The position numbers and the translations under genes were made by a program. A stretch of 63,945 bases of DNA, the filler included, from Parachlamydiales bacterium (GTDB lineage: Bacteria; Chlamydiota; Chlamydiia; Chlamydiales; Parachlamydiaceae): NCBI GenBank assembly GCA_020051075.1. It is 4 parts of 4 records of this genome, joined end to end, with 100 filler letters (N's around TTAATTAATTAA, not from the genome) between each part and the next. Parts side by side here need not be neighbours in the genome. Positions count along the whole stretch, not along the records: positions 1 to 21,889 come from JAGVJP010000030.1; positions 21,990 to 52,270 come from JAGVJP010000017.1; 2 more parts are not named here. One strand, 5' to 3'. Numbering within the stretch: the stretch's first letter is position 1; the number at the start of each line of letters is the position of its first letter. Positions 19,718 through 28,993 of the stretch are shown one piece after another. The notes below the pieces were generated by a model. The model was not told where the DNA came from and searched no databases. It saw only the letters and a list, made by a program, of their open reading frames with translations.

Positions 19718-21094
19718 TTACTTCGCGCTGGTGGATTCGATCTTGGTTCTTAAGGTATCTTCCAGGGAGTCCTGGTTGACTTTGCCGAGGTACTGCGGGA
19801 GCTCAAGACCTGCGAGGGATGCAATGTCGTGCAGAGCTGGCAAGGATTTGGTGAGCTGGCTGATGAAATTGGAGGTCGAAGACCCTTTTCCATCTGCGCT
19901 GCTGCTGCCGCTGTCCCAAACGGTGATTTTGTCGATCTTGATGTTCTTGATCGCTTCGACTTGGAGTTTGACGATCTCTTCGAGTTTTTCAATGAGGAGC
20001 ATGGTGGCTGCGCTCTTAGCATCTTCACCGCAAGCTTCGAAGAGCTGCTTGTAACCAGTAGCTTTTGCATCGAGGAGCTTTTGGATCCCTTCTGCTTCTG
20101 CTTGTCGGATCGAAAGGATCGCTTCGGCCTCACCGCGGGCGATGATGACATTTTTCTGAGCTTCTGCTTCCGCTTCGATTTGCATCTGTCGTTTTTTAAT
20201 TTCTTGGGGAACGATCTGCTCGGCTTCTAAAAGCTGTGTTTGCGCTAGAGCTCTTGCTTTTTGGATCATCGCCTCAGCATTTTGTTTGGCAACTTGGCTG
20301 CGCTGAGCGGCTTCTGCTTCTTTTTCCGCGAGAATCGCGTTCGTGAGTGCCATGTGGGCTTTCGAGTCGTTCTCCCCTTTCACAGCTTCCGCGTTGAAGG
20401 AGGCAACCGATACTCTGCGATCGCGTTCTGCGAGGGATTTTCCGATATCCCCTTGCTTTTCTTGTTCCGCGACATCGACTTTCGCTTGGTTAACAGCCAT
20501 GGAAGAAGCTTTCATCCCGATGCTTTCGATGTAGTTGGACTCATCGGTGATATCGGTGATGTTGACGTTTAGGAGAGTGAGGCCGATTTTGTGCAGTTCT
20601 GGCTCGATGTTCTTTTTGATCGAGTCTAAGAAACGCTCTCGGTCTTGGTTAATTTCTTCAATGCGCAGAGAAGCTACAGTGAGGCGGAGCTGGCCGATGA
20701 TGATCTCGGTTGCCATCGACTCTATCTCTTTGTGGCCCAAATCTAAGAGGCGGACGGCTGCGTTGTTCATCACATCAGGCGTGATCCCGATCGCAACAGT
20801 AAAGGTGCTGGGGACGTTGACGCGGATGTTTTGATGTGAGAGGGCGCCGCGAAGGGGGATGTGGATCGTGCGAGGCGTGAGGTCAAGAAATGCATAGCCT
20901 TGGATCAAAGGCCATATGAAGGTTCCTCCCCCGTGATAACACTGAACGGTTTTGCTGCCGGCAACGCGTCCGTAAACGACGAGGACTTTGTTTGAGGGAC
21001 AGCGGCGGTACATTTTCGCCAAGAAGAGCACAGTCGAGAACAAGCAGAGAAGAAAGCCTGCGACGGTGATGTTTAAATAAGAGATGTCATGCAT
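19718..21094 (-). CDS. Flotillin (SPFH domain)
   Basis: N-terminal TM, SPFH domain, AEAEA coiled-coil repeats. Confidence 0.9.
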   Translation of the reverse strand: MHDISYLNITVAGFLLCLFSTVLFLAKMYRRCPSNKVLVVYGRVAGSKTVQCYHGGGTFIWPLIQGYAFLDLTPRTIHIPLRGALSHQNIRVNVPSTFTVAIGITPDVMNNAAVRLLDLGHKEIESMATEIIIGQLRLTVASLRIEEINQDRERFLDSIKKNIEPELHKIGLTLLNVNITDITDESNYIESIGMKASSMAVNQAKVDVAEQEKQGDIGKSLAERDRRVSVASFNAEAVKGENDSKAHMALTNAILAEKEAEAAQRSQVAKQNAEAMIQKARALAQTQLLEAEQIVPQEIKKRQMQIEAEAEAQKNVIIARGEAEAILSIRQAEAEGIQKLLDAKATGYKQLFEACGEDAKSAATMLLIEKLEEIVKLQVEAIKNIKIDKITVWDSGSSSADGKGSSTSNFISQLTKSLPALHDIASLAGLELPQYLGKVNQDSLEDTLRTKIESTSAK

Positions 21095-21100
21095 AAATAC

Positions 21101-21679
21101 CTACTTCGGTGCGACGACAACAGTGTTGTCGTCTTTTTTTTCAATGATGGTGACCTGCGTAAAGGAAGGCAGTTCTTCTAAATGGTGAGAAATCGCATCG
21201 ATCTCATGGGTGAAATTCTGCAAAGAGATCGAGATTTTGCCTCTTCCCCCTTTGGGAATGGTTTGATAGACATAGGCTTCGCAGCCGATGGCATCTTCAA
21301 TGCGGTATGAGGTTCCTGGGCTGTGGAGTTTTTTGGCGAGCTTAAGGAGCGCACGAATAATGTAGGCTGCAAAGATGCCGGCAGTAATGGCTATCGCCAT
21401 AGAGGGCAGCAAGGATAAGCTAAATTGATTGTTGCACGTGAGCGCTGTCCACCCGAAGATCATTAAGAATCCAGCGATGGTCTGCAGAGAGAGCCACTTA
21501 ACATTGCTCACATCAGCGGCATCGCTGCCCGTGTCAGCATCGAAGTTGTTTGGGTCGGTGCCAACGAAGAGGTTAATGAGGAGCTGGATCACAAACATCC
21601 CCGAGCCCGCCAAGGCACAAAACCAGAAAATAGAGCCAGATTGGAGCTGATCAATAAAATAATTAATAGTCTGAGACAT
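21101..21679 (-). CDS. NfeD-like membrane partner of flotillin
   Basis: Three TM segments plus C-terminal OB-fold-like region; directly upstream of flotillin. Confidence 0.8.
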   Translation of the reverse strand: MSQTINYFIDQLQSGSIFWFCALAGSGMFVIQLLINLFVGTDPNNFDADTGSDAADVSNVKWLSLQTIAGFLMIFGWTALTCNNQFSLSLLPSMAIAITAGIFAAYIIRALLKLAKKLHSPGTSYRIEDAIGCEAYVYQTIPKGGRGKISISLQNFTHEIDAISHHLEELPSFTQVTIIEKKDDNTVVVAPK

Positions 21680-21790
21680 GACGTGTACAAGTAATTTTTA
21701 ACTCGATGATGACCCCCATTGTAATTAACTGCAATATCTATAGCAAGGCTGCAGGTTTTTGCTTGTGGTTCAAGACTCTTTTTCGTACTC

Positions 21791-21889
21791 TTTATCTGCG
21801 GACGCGAGAAAACGCGGTCCTTCAGGGCCGCGATGAATCGCGCCATTTAGATTTGAGGGGATTGTTGTTGTTCGATATATTGCCGGATC
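21791..21889 (+). mobile_element. IS200/IS605-family element left end, truncated by contig end
   Basis: TTTAT target motif, hairpin CGCGGTCC-TTCA-GGGCCGCG, followed by the 3' end of tnpA on the opposite strand. Confidence 0.85.
21847..21888 (-). CDS. tnpA: C-terminal fragment of Y1 (HUH) transposase TnpA
   Basis: Minus strand translates IRQYIEQQQSPQI*, the catalytic-Tyr helix YIxxQ. Confidence 0.75.
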   Translation of the reverse strand: MRQYIEQQQSPQI

Positions 21890-21989
21890 NNNNNNNNNNN
21901 NNNNNNNNNNNNNNNNNNNNNNNNNNNNNNNNNTTAATTAATTAANNNNNNNNNNNNNNNNNNNNNNNNNNNNNNNNNNNNNNNNNNNN
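21890..21989. other. Artificial contig linker
   Basis: N run with central TTAATTAATTAA six-frame stop. Confidence 0.99.
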
Positions 21990-22046
21990 ACCATTACCCA
22001 TTTTTTCAGCGCGAAGCGTTTGGAGTGCGAAAGTCCTCTTTCGCTT
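21990..22046. repeat. REP-like repeat, GCGAAGCGTTTGGAGTGCG family
   Basis: Same motif at 52133-52197 and 61214-61237; ACCATTACCCATTTTTTC also inverted near 49492-49509. Confidence 0.75.
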
Positions 22047-22183
22047 TATTCTAGATCAATTTTTGGGACATTCGTGTCTTTTGAATTTTTCTACCGCTTC
22101 GCGCAGCGCTCGTGAGGGAAGGGTATTGTTTTTTTTTAAATGAGCCTCTATGATGCCTGATTCCACAAAAGGAATTTTTTTTC

Positions 22184-23134
22184 ATGCGTTTCCTAGCTAC
22201 CCTCCTTTTCTACTTACTGATACTTTCTCCCTTCCAGCAGATCTACACAAAAGAAGATGATCATTTACAGCTTGCTAAAGATTCTGAAAATCCCCTTGCA
22301 AAGCTTACAGCACTCCCCGTTCGGCTAAACATCTATCCCCATGTGACAGCGGCGGCGGGTGGAGATCCAACAACAGGGTTCCCAGGTGCAGGATCGACAA
22401 CTGGTTCAACACAAAAAGCCAAGAACAGCCCCTGGCGTCCCATCGACCTCTTCTCCGATGAAGCTCCCCCTGAAAAATTTAGAGGGACATTGAATACCAT
22501 TGATATCAACCCTGTGGTGCCTATTTCTATTACAGAACGTCAATATCTCTTATTGCGTTGGCAACAGGCGATAAGTTTTGCTGAAAATGTCTATGAACCG
22601 CACAGCTATCAAAATGGTCTCGGAGATGCCAATCCTTCTTTTGCCTACGCCTATGCCTTCACGAAAGACCTTTTCTTGGGTTTAGGGGGAGCTTTGGTTA
22701 TACCAACAGCAACGACTCACTTTCTAGGGCAAGGGAAATGGTCTGCCGGCCCGGCTATTACTGGAGTATGGGCACCTGGCCGTTTCGTGATGGGGTTTTT
22801 AGCTCAAAATATCTTTTCCTTTGCAGGGCCAAGAGGCCGCCCAGATATTAACATCATGACGATTCAACCTGGATTCAGCTACAACTTCGATCATGGGTGG
22901 TTCTTATCTAGCCAGCCCTACATCATAGCAAACTGGAATAATCCTCCCGGACAAAAATGGACAATCCCTATTGGTGGGGGTATAGGAAAGCTCATCAAAA
23001 CAGGTAGTCAACCTCTGACAATTGCATTAGCTGTCTATTGGTATCCAGTAAAACCAAATGGAGGACCTGACTACAGTGTGAGGATCTCTCTCAAATATTT
23101 ATTTCCCCAAGTCGAGAAGAAAAATGGATCGTAG
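22184..23134 (+). CDS. Putative outer-membrane beta-barrel protein
   Basis: Signal peptide, ENPLA, GLGD, GKWSAGPA, WTIPIGGG, terminal alternating strand ISLKYLFP. Confidence 0.65.
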   Translation: MRFLATLLFYLLILSPFQQIYTKEDDHLQLAKDSENPLAKLTALPVRLNIYPHVTAAAGGDPTTGFPGAGSTTGSTQKAKNSPWRPIDLFSDEAPPEKFRGTLNTIDINPVVPISITERQYLLLRWQQAISFAENVYEPHSYQNGLGDANPSFAYAYAFTKDLFLGLGGALVIPTATTHFLGQGKWSAGPAITGVWAPGRFVMGFLAQNIFSFAGPRGRPDINIMTIQPGFSYNFDHGWFLSSQPYIIANWNNPPGQKWTIPIGGGIGKLIKTGSQPLTIALAVYWYPVKPNGGPDYSVRISLKYLFPQVEKKNGS

Positions 23135-23233
23135 AACAGAGCAGTGCCTCATTTGATTGTTTAACCAGAAAGCGGTTTTCTCGAATAATCCATACCAACT
23201 GCAATAATACAGGGAAATTTCTTGATCGAATTA

Positions 23234-24100
23234 TCAAGCTTTCAAGGTTTTCTCTACTATAACGGTGAAAGAACACCCCTCGAGATCATTCACAAACCTT
23301 ATATTGGGCCAATCTCGCAAGGCTCTTCTAATTCCGGTCCCTAATCCCCTGTAGGGCAGTAAACCTTTTGCTGCATACGATGCCAAAATTGGATTACGCT
23401 GCACAGAATTCCCCGCACGAATTTTTTCTACGTTAAGATGGTTTGGGAGGGTTCCTGGGCTGATAATTTCGAATCTATCAATGAAGGAGAACACTTTAAT
23501 CGGTCCATTCAGAAAATAATCCCTGTGGATTAATGCGTTCACTAAAATCTCTTCAAATACAATTTGGGGGATTTCAGGAATTCCAATTGAATTAACACTT
23601 TGATCTTTTTGCACTTTTCTAACATTGCGCATGATAAAAGCCAAAGCTCCTTTATACATTTCCTGCAATACACCCGAAAAATCTTCACTATCAAAGTAGC
23701 TATCCATAATTTCCGTACCAGTAAATGCCACAGCTTTGACGATCAGTGCAGGTTTAAATTTTTGCGGATTTTTTCCAAACAGAAGTAGGCCAGCAAGGTT
23801 GAGTTTATCCTCAGAAGCAAGATTCATATTTTGGAGTAGTTGGACCAGCCCGATTTCTGGATGGAGAAGCTCTTCCCCAAATTTTTTTTCCAAAAACTCT
23901 ACCAAAGCCGGGAGATTCAACTCATCAACCCCTGCTCTTGTAGGAACTTCATCTGCATGAACCAGATCAACAGTTTGAAACAGCCTTCTAAATTCTTCTT
24001 TAGAATTGATCCTGCGCTTATCAGCGCCGCTTTTCAACCAAATGACCCCCTGATGATCAAACCCCCTCGATACAAAGGAAGCAAGTTGTTCCAGATTCAC
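23234..24100 (-). CDS. RecG-C/HATPase_c_4 domain protein apparently lacking its AlbA_2 domain (possible pseudogene)
   Basis: EEILVNALIHRDY, DRFEIISPGTLP, RNPIL, GTGI; N-terminus short for this family. Confidence 0.65.
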   Translation of the reverse strand: MNLEQLASFVSRGFDHQGVIWLKSGADKRRINSKEEFRRLFQTVDLVHADEVPTRAGVDELNLPALVEFLEKKFGEELLHPEIGLVQLLQNMNLASEDKLNLAGLLLFGKNPQKFKPALIVKAVAFTGTEIMDSYFDSEDFSGVLQEMYKGALAFIMRNVRKVQKDQSVNSIGIPEIPQIVFEEILVNALIHRDYFLNGPIKVFSFIDRFEIISPGTLPNHLNVEKIRAGNSVQRNPILASYAAKGLLPYRGLGTGIRRALRDWPNIRFVNDLEGCSFTVIVEKTLKA

Positions 24101-24358
24101 GATATTTCATCCTAGTTTCAACGTCATTCATAACTTTTTGATGTATATCACAGGTTGTCGTGATATCCCTTCTATTGCTTTTTTAACTTATTTTTCATCT
24201 GCAATTCAAAAGGAATTCCTGTTAATTACAGCTTTGGAGTTCACGGCTGAACCACCTTCAAGATGCTCGAAAGCCCTTTAAAAGTAAATCATTTTCCTGT
24301 CGTTCAAAACACTTCCCGTTTATTGAATTTTGATTACGAATAGAGGGGGATGCAAAAC

Positions 24359-26107
24359 TCATACGGAATGCAGTTTAGGATCGAGGGCATCACGCAAGCT
24401 ATCGCCCACGAGGGCGATAGAGACCAACAGCATCGTTAACAAGATCGCTGGAGGCCAGAGAAGATAGCTCTCTGACGGAAATGCTGTACGCCCTTCATCC
24501 ATGAGCACTCCCCATGAATTAGACCCTTCCTCCCCTAATCCCAGGAACGAAAGCCCCGCTTCGCTTGTAATCGCGGCCATGATCGCAAAAGGAATCAACG
24601 TCAGCAAAGGAGGGATCGCATTGGGAAGAAGATGTGAAAAAATAATGGTGCGATCGTTATAACCTAATGCACGACAGGCCTCCACATACAGAAGCTGCTT
24701 CTGACGTAAAAACTCCCCCCGGATAAAGCGACTAAAACTTGTCCAACCAAACACTCCGATGACAGTGATGATTAAAAAAATCGATTTACTCTGAAGAAAA
24801 GCCACGATCATCAAGAGCATAAAAAAAGTCGGCATCGATTCCCATATTTCTATGAAGCGATAAGACACCAAATCCACTTTACCACCATAGTACCCTGCGA
24901 CAGCACCAATGGGGATTCCGATCAACAAAGCCACGCCGATCGCCAAGAATCCGACCGATAAAGAGACACGAATTCCAAAAATAAGGGCTGAAACCATATC
25001 TTTGCGGTTGATGCGGGTGAGATCCCACCAAGACACAAACTGATTCAACGCCTGATCTCCAGCAGCATCGTCCTCCCAATGAAAGGGACGCAGTAGAGGC
25101 ATGACTTCCCCTTTTAGCTGTGACAGCTGCTCTTCAAACCAGGAACGACGATCTGCGATGTATTTTAAACGATATTCCTTCTTTTCATAAGCTTCGACAG
25201 TCAATTTAACTCCCTGCAGAGCCATTCTCTCGTCCGGCGGCAACGAGTCTAAATATTCGCATAACACCCATGTTGGGAATAGAGGATTCACATGATTCGA
25301 AGAACTGCAAAGCTCCTCCGAGGTCGTTAAAATCAGCTTATTTTTTTGATATTTCTCCTTGATGGCTTCATTAGCTTCTTTCAAGCTTTGAATTTCATTT
25401 CGTTCATTTTGAAAGGTGAGGTTCCAAAGAGTGGGAAAGATGCTGCCCCGCTTCCCCTTCCTCTCAGCTTGTGCCAGATAATCCTTTTCAAACTGTTGAA
25501 GTTTTAAATGCTGCTGCTTCTGCTGCTGATATTTTAGAACTAGGCTGAGCCTTCCATAAGGGGTCATATGCTTCAGTTCATCCTCCCAGCTTGAAAGAAG
25601 AGGAGGATTAAACAAAGGCTCGGTATTGAGATAATCTCGCCTTGCAATCATCTCTCTCTGGCGTAGTTGGAAGAGCTGCGGACTGAAAGCAGGATCTTGA
25701 GAAGGATATAAAATCAGATAGATAAATAACCCAATCTGAAGCAGACCTATGCTTAGAAGCGCTTTCTTCCTGTGCTGCGGCCAGTTTTTCAATCCGATCC
25801 AAGCGGCAATGAAAAGAGGAAAAGTGAATATCAATAGATTATAAAAGATGTCAAGTCGTTTGCTGAAAAATCCGGGGAAGAAGAGATAGCGGAATAGAGG
25901 GAAAAACCAATGCCCTTCAAATTGAACCATTAACGGTTTGCTCGATGCCAATAAAGGAGCGTAGATACCAACCAGAACAAAGAGTGCGACGACAAGCAAT
26001 GCAGCAACCCCAAGTCGATGCCGCTTAAATTGCCTCCACACAGTTTGCCAATAGGTGAGATGTCTTTGTGTCATAACGCTATTATTCCAATGTGATACGA
26101 GGGTCAA
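24359..26107 (-). CDS. oppC: Oligopeptide ABC permease with large insertion
   Basis: YWQTVWRQFKRH, YVEACRALG EAA loop, HLLPN, EAGLSFLGLG, LRDALDPK. Confidence 0.9.
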   Translation of the reverse strand: MTLVSHWNNSVMTQRHLTYWQTVWRQFKRHRLGVAALLVVALFVLVGIYAPLLASSKPLMVQFEGHWFFPLFRYLFFPGFFSKRLDIFYNLLIFTFPLFIAAWIGLKNWPQHRKKALLSIGLLQIGLFIYLILYPSQDPAFSPQLFQLRQREMIARRDYLNTEPLFNPPLLSSWEDELKHMTPYGRLSLVLKYQQQKQQHLKLQQFEKDYLAQAERKGKRGSIFPTLWNLTFQNERNEIQSLKEANEAIKEKYQKNKLILTTSEELCSSSNHVNPLFPTWVLCEYLDSLPPDERMALQGVKLTVEAYEKKEYRLKYIADRRSWFEEQLSQLKGEVMPLLRPFHWEDDAAGDQALNQFVSWWDLTRINRKDMVSALIFGIRVSLSVGFLAIGVALLIGIPIGAVAGYYGGKVDLVSYRFIEIWESMPTFFMLLMIVAFLQSKSIFLIITVIGVFGWTSFSRFIRGEFLRQKQLLYVEACRALGYNDRTIIFSHLLPNAIPPLLTLIPFAIMAAITSEAGLSFLGLGEEGSNSWGVLMDEGRTAFPSESYLLWPPAILLTMLLVSIALVGDSLRDALDPKLHSV

Positions 26108-27581
26108 GCCACATGTACGCCAAATCGGCGAACAGATAACCGATGAGGGATAAGAAAGAGCCTGCTAAAGCTGAAAACATAATGACGTTGTAATCCCGAT
26201 TGATGATTGCATCGTAAAAAAATTTCCCGAAGCCATTGATGTCGAAAAGGATTTCAACGATTAACGCTCCTCCAAGAATGGTCCCTAAAGAGCCTGCAAG
26301 CGAAGTGACGATCGTGATACCGGCATTGCGTCCAACATGTTTGAACATCACTGTAAATGGAGATAACCCCTTTGCATATGCAGTACGAACATAATCATGA
26401 CGCAGAATCTCAAGCACCGCTGTTCTAGAAAGACGGGATTCGGCTGCTAGGCTTCCATACATGATTGCAGAGATGGGGAGTGCAATATGTTTGAGGACAT
26501 CGATCAGCCGTTGCCAAGAAGTTTCTTGATTATAGATCCGGTCCGGACTTGTGAACCCATTCAGAGGAATCGGCGTATCTGTAAAGGGAAAACAGTGGTA
26601 AAGGGCGACTTTTTCAATTAAAAAAGGTGCGACGACAAAGACGGGGATAGCATATAAAACTAAAAACGTAATATTCAACGCATAATCAGGCCATCCGTGC
26701 TGGTAATAAGCCATTGTCAACCCGAAGAGCTGACAAAGACCAAACGTGATCAGCATCGGCAAGATCGACAGAGTCAACGAATATTTGAACCGCTTGGTCA
26801 CTTCCCTCAGCACGCTCTTGTTTGAATCGTTGCGCATGGTGCCGAAGTCAAGATGGATGATACGGCTCATATACCGTGTAAACCGAGTTTGTGAAAATAA
26901 AATTCCGATTTTTTCTTTCGTGTCCGGCTGAAACTGATAAATTGCCTCATTGTCTTCATACCATTTTGCCATTGCGCTGATTTTGCCTTTAATCTCTTCA
27001 GGAGAGGCTGAAACGGGCCAAATAAACGAACGGAGGAGCAAGTCATCTTTGGTGACCCGCTGGTTCCAGGCACGCTGTTCTAGCGACAAATTTGGTCCGA
27101 TGAAGCCTTGACGCATTCCGCCTCGAATAAAAAATTGGGCAGCTAATCGTCTGATATCAGGTGCCGTATCAGGAGATTCTAAGATTGCAAGAAGATGGGT
27201 CATGATATAGCGCGACTGATCGCCAAATTTTATGCGGAGGTTGTTATAGTCTTTTCCTGGCATTTCCCGCTTGTCATCAGGGGAGATCTGCCTATGCTGA
27301 AGCTGCCAAAGCGCTCCTTTGACATAGTCTAACTTCAGCCAAGGCCAGGTGTTAAAGAGAATCGGTAATGTCAGACCATAAAATTCCCGAAATTGCAGGT
27401 AACGTTGGTCGCTTGAAGACGCACCGGATTGATCGGCGCGGCGCGAGGCCCCCTCAGGAGAAATCTCTGCCACAGAGACGGGATCCCCAGGTGCAAGATT
27501 GATAATGATGAAATTGACAAGGATGATGCAAAAGAGGGTAAAAGGGAGGAGAAGAAGCCGGCGTAAAGTATAAGTCCACAT
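26082..27581 (-). CDS. oppB: Oligopeptide ABC permease with large insertion
   Basis: YTLRRLL, LAPGDP, DYVRTAYAKGL, RDYNV, LDPRI. Confidence 0.9.
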   Translation of the reverse strand: MWTYTLRRLLLLPFTLFCIILVNFIIINLAPGDPVSVAEISPEGASRRADQSGASSSDQRYLQFREFYGLTLPILFNTWPWLKLDYVKGALWQLQHRQISPDDKREMPGKDYNNLRIKFGDQSRYIMTHLLAILESPDTAPDIRRLAAQFFIRGGMRQGFIGPNLSLEQRAWNQRVTKDDLLLRSFIWPVSASPEEIKGKISAMAKWYEDNEAIYQFQPDTKEKIGILFSQTRFTRYMSRIIHLDFGTMRNDSNKSVLREVTKRFKYSLTLSILPMLITFGLCQLFGLTMAYYQHGWPDYALNITFLVLYAIPVFVVAPFLIEKVALYHCFPFTDTPIPLNGFTSPDRIYNQETSWQRLIDVLKHIALPISAIMYGSLAAESRLSRTAVLEILRHDYVRTAYAKGLSPFTVMFKHVGRNAGITIVTSLAGSLGTILGGALIVEILFDINGFGKFFYDAIINRDYNVIMFSALAGSFLSLIGYLFADLAYMWLDPRITLE

Positions 27582-27734
27582 GTGCTGAATGCTATAAATA
27601 TAATGCTAAAGATCGCAAATTGATGAAGTGGCATCATAAGGATAAGCATTCAGTCCGTCAATATGGAATTTCAATTTGACGACTTCCGCTCTCCTGAGTA
27701 ACACACTTTCATGCCCGTACCCTGCCCATGCTAG

Positions 27735-27809
27735 AATTGAAACACAGAGGCACAGAGGGCACGGAGAGAGAGATCCATGCTGGCTCTCTGTGTTCTCTGT
27801 GTTTCAATT
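27735..27809. repeat. CACAGAG-family palindromic repeat
   Basis: AATTGAAACACAGAGGCACAGAG...CTCTGTGTTCTCTGTGTTTCAATT. Confidence 0.8.
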
Positions 27810-27832
27810 GACGATAGGGAGCACGAAGGGTC

Positions 27833-28108
27833 TTAGCTGAATAACTCTGAGTGAGAACCTAATCTTTCCAAGATTAAGAACCCCTCCATTTTTTGGACGC
27901 GATAGATAAGAAGAACATCCGGCTTAATATGACATTCGCGACAACTGCCCCAACTTCCTATCAATGGATGGTCTCTATGATGGACATCCAATGGTTCCAG
28001 TTTCGTCAAACGTTTGATCACAGAATCAAGTTCCTTTAAAACGGATGAATCATGTCTATACCTCTTAAGGTCTCTTTTAAACTGTGTTGTATTATCAATC
28101 TTAAGCAT
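27833..28108 (-). CDS. yafQ: YafQ-family mRNA interferase toxin
   Basis: FKRDLKR, DHPLIG, RECHIKPDVLLIY, RLGSHSELF. Confidence 0.9.
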   Translation of the reverse strand: MLKIDNTTQFKRDLKRYRHDSSVLKELDSVIKRLTKLEPLDVHHRDHPLIGSWGSCRECHIKPDVLLIYRVQKMEGFLILERLGSHSELFS

Positions 28109-28496
28109 TCGGATCGATTCCCATAGACTCCCAAAAATCCTCTACCGAATCATGATGCTCTAGGTTTTCACCTCTTGCACTTTCTTTGAGAACTTTTTCT
28201 GTGAGTTTATTGGGTTTGTGAATCCCACCACATCCAGGCAGATTACACCTTGATTTGGGCATTCTCTGACGAGCAAATGACAAAAGATAATCGCTAATTG
28301 TCATTCTCTCCTTAGCAGCTAACATTTTGACATACATTTTTTCGTCTTCAGTACATGAAATAACAATCCTAATTTTTTCGCTGGATGACAACTTTTCTTC
28401 AACAGGATTTTTTGTTTTATCATGACCTAACCTGTTCACCTTACGAACACCAACATTTGCTTTAATTTTTTTCAACGCAGATTTTTTCTTTAACAT
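28101..28496 (-). CDS. Antitoxin of the YafQ pair (RHH-like core, DinJ/RelB-like C-terminus)
   Basis: Overlaps toxin start; PNKLTEKVLKESARGENL...SVEDFW; GAGGTG SD before ATG 28496. Confidence 0.7.
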   Translation of the reverse strand: MLKKKSALKKIKANVGVRKVNRLGHDKTKNPVEEKLSSSEKIRIVISCTEDEKMYVKMLAAKERMTISDYLLSFARQRMPKSRCNLPGCGGIHKPNKLTEKVLKESARGENLEHHDSVEDFWESMGIDPNA

Positions 28497-28629
28497 AATG
28501 CACCTCTTATACAATTGCCATTATAGCACATTTGTGCATTTTGAGAAAATGACATACTGAATTAGCAGTCATTTTGATTCGGATTCATTGCCCGAAATTG
28601 ATTTTTCACGGCCTTCCCCGATTACCTCC

Positions 28630-28691
28630 CCATCCTCCCTATCTTTCCCATCCTGTCAATTTTTACAAGATAGGAAAGATAGGGAGGATGG
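28630..28691. repeat. CAGGAT-family hairpin repeat
   Basis: CCATCCTCCCTATCTTTCCCATCCTGT / ACAAGATAGGAAAGATAGGGAGGATGG. Confidence 0.75.
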
Positions 28692-28802
28692 AGGGCAATC
28701 GGTAACAGTTGATTCATGCAATTACCAGTCCCTCTGCGTCTCCGCGACTCTCCGTCTCTGCGTTAAATTATTTACATTCAGGTGATTGGAATTTTTTCAC
28801 AT

Positions 28803-28844
28803 GAAAGCTATTTGAAGACACCGCAAGTTAGCTTGATGCGTATG
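28803..28844. repeat. IS-end-like repeat ending GATGCGTATG
   Basis: About 42-nt match to 42789-42829; core also at 63743-63758 and inverted at 52208-52226. Confidence 0.65.
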
Positions 28845-28993
28845 GGATGGGAAGGATAGTAGGATACCCTTGTAAGTCCCTTGTTCTTGTCTGATGAATT
28901 TTATTTCGTCACAACTTGTATACAAACTGATGAACTGGCATCATATAAGAAATTCAGAACGTCAGTAGAAATGCGAGAGATAAGGAGAGGAAA

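Noticed and set aside
21589..21945. ORFs 21589-21846 and 21706-21945
   Set aside because: They translate the IS end hairpin or run into the N linker.
28821..28844. Integron attC or dif-like site (GTTAGCT; TTATGTTAGC at the 52208 copy)
   Set aside because: No matching inverse core with L boxes, no XerC arm with 6-bp spacer, no integrase in the window.
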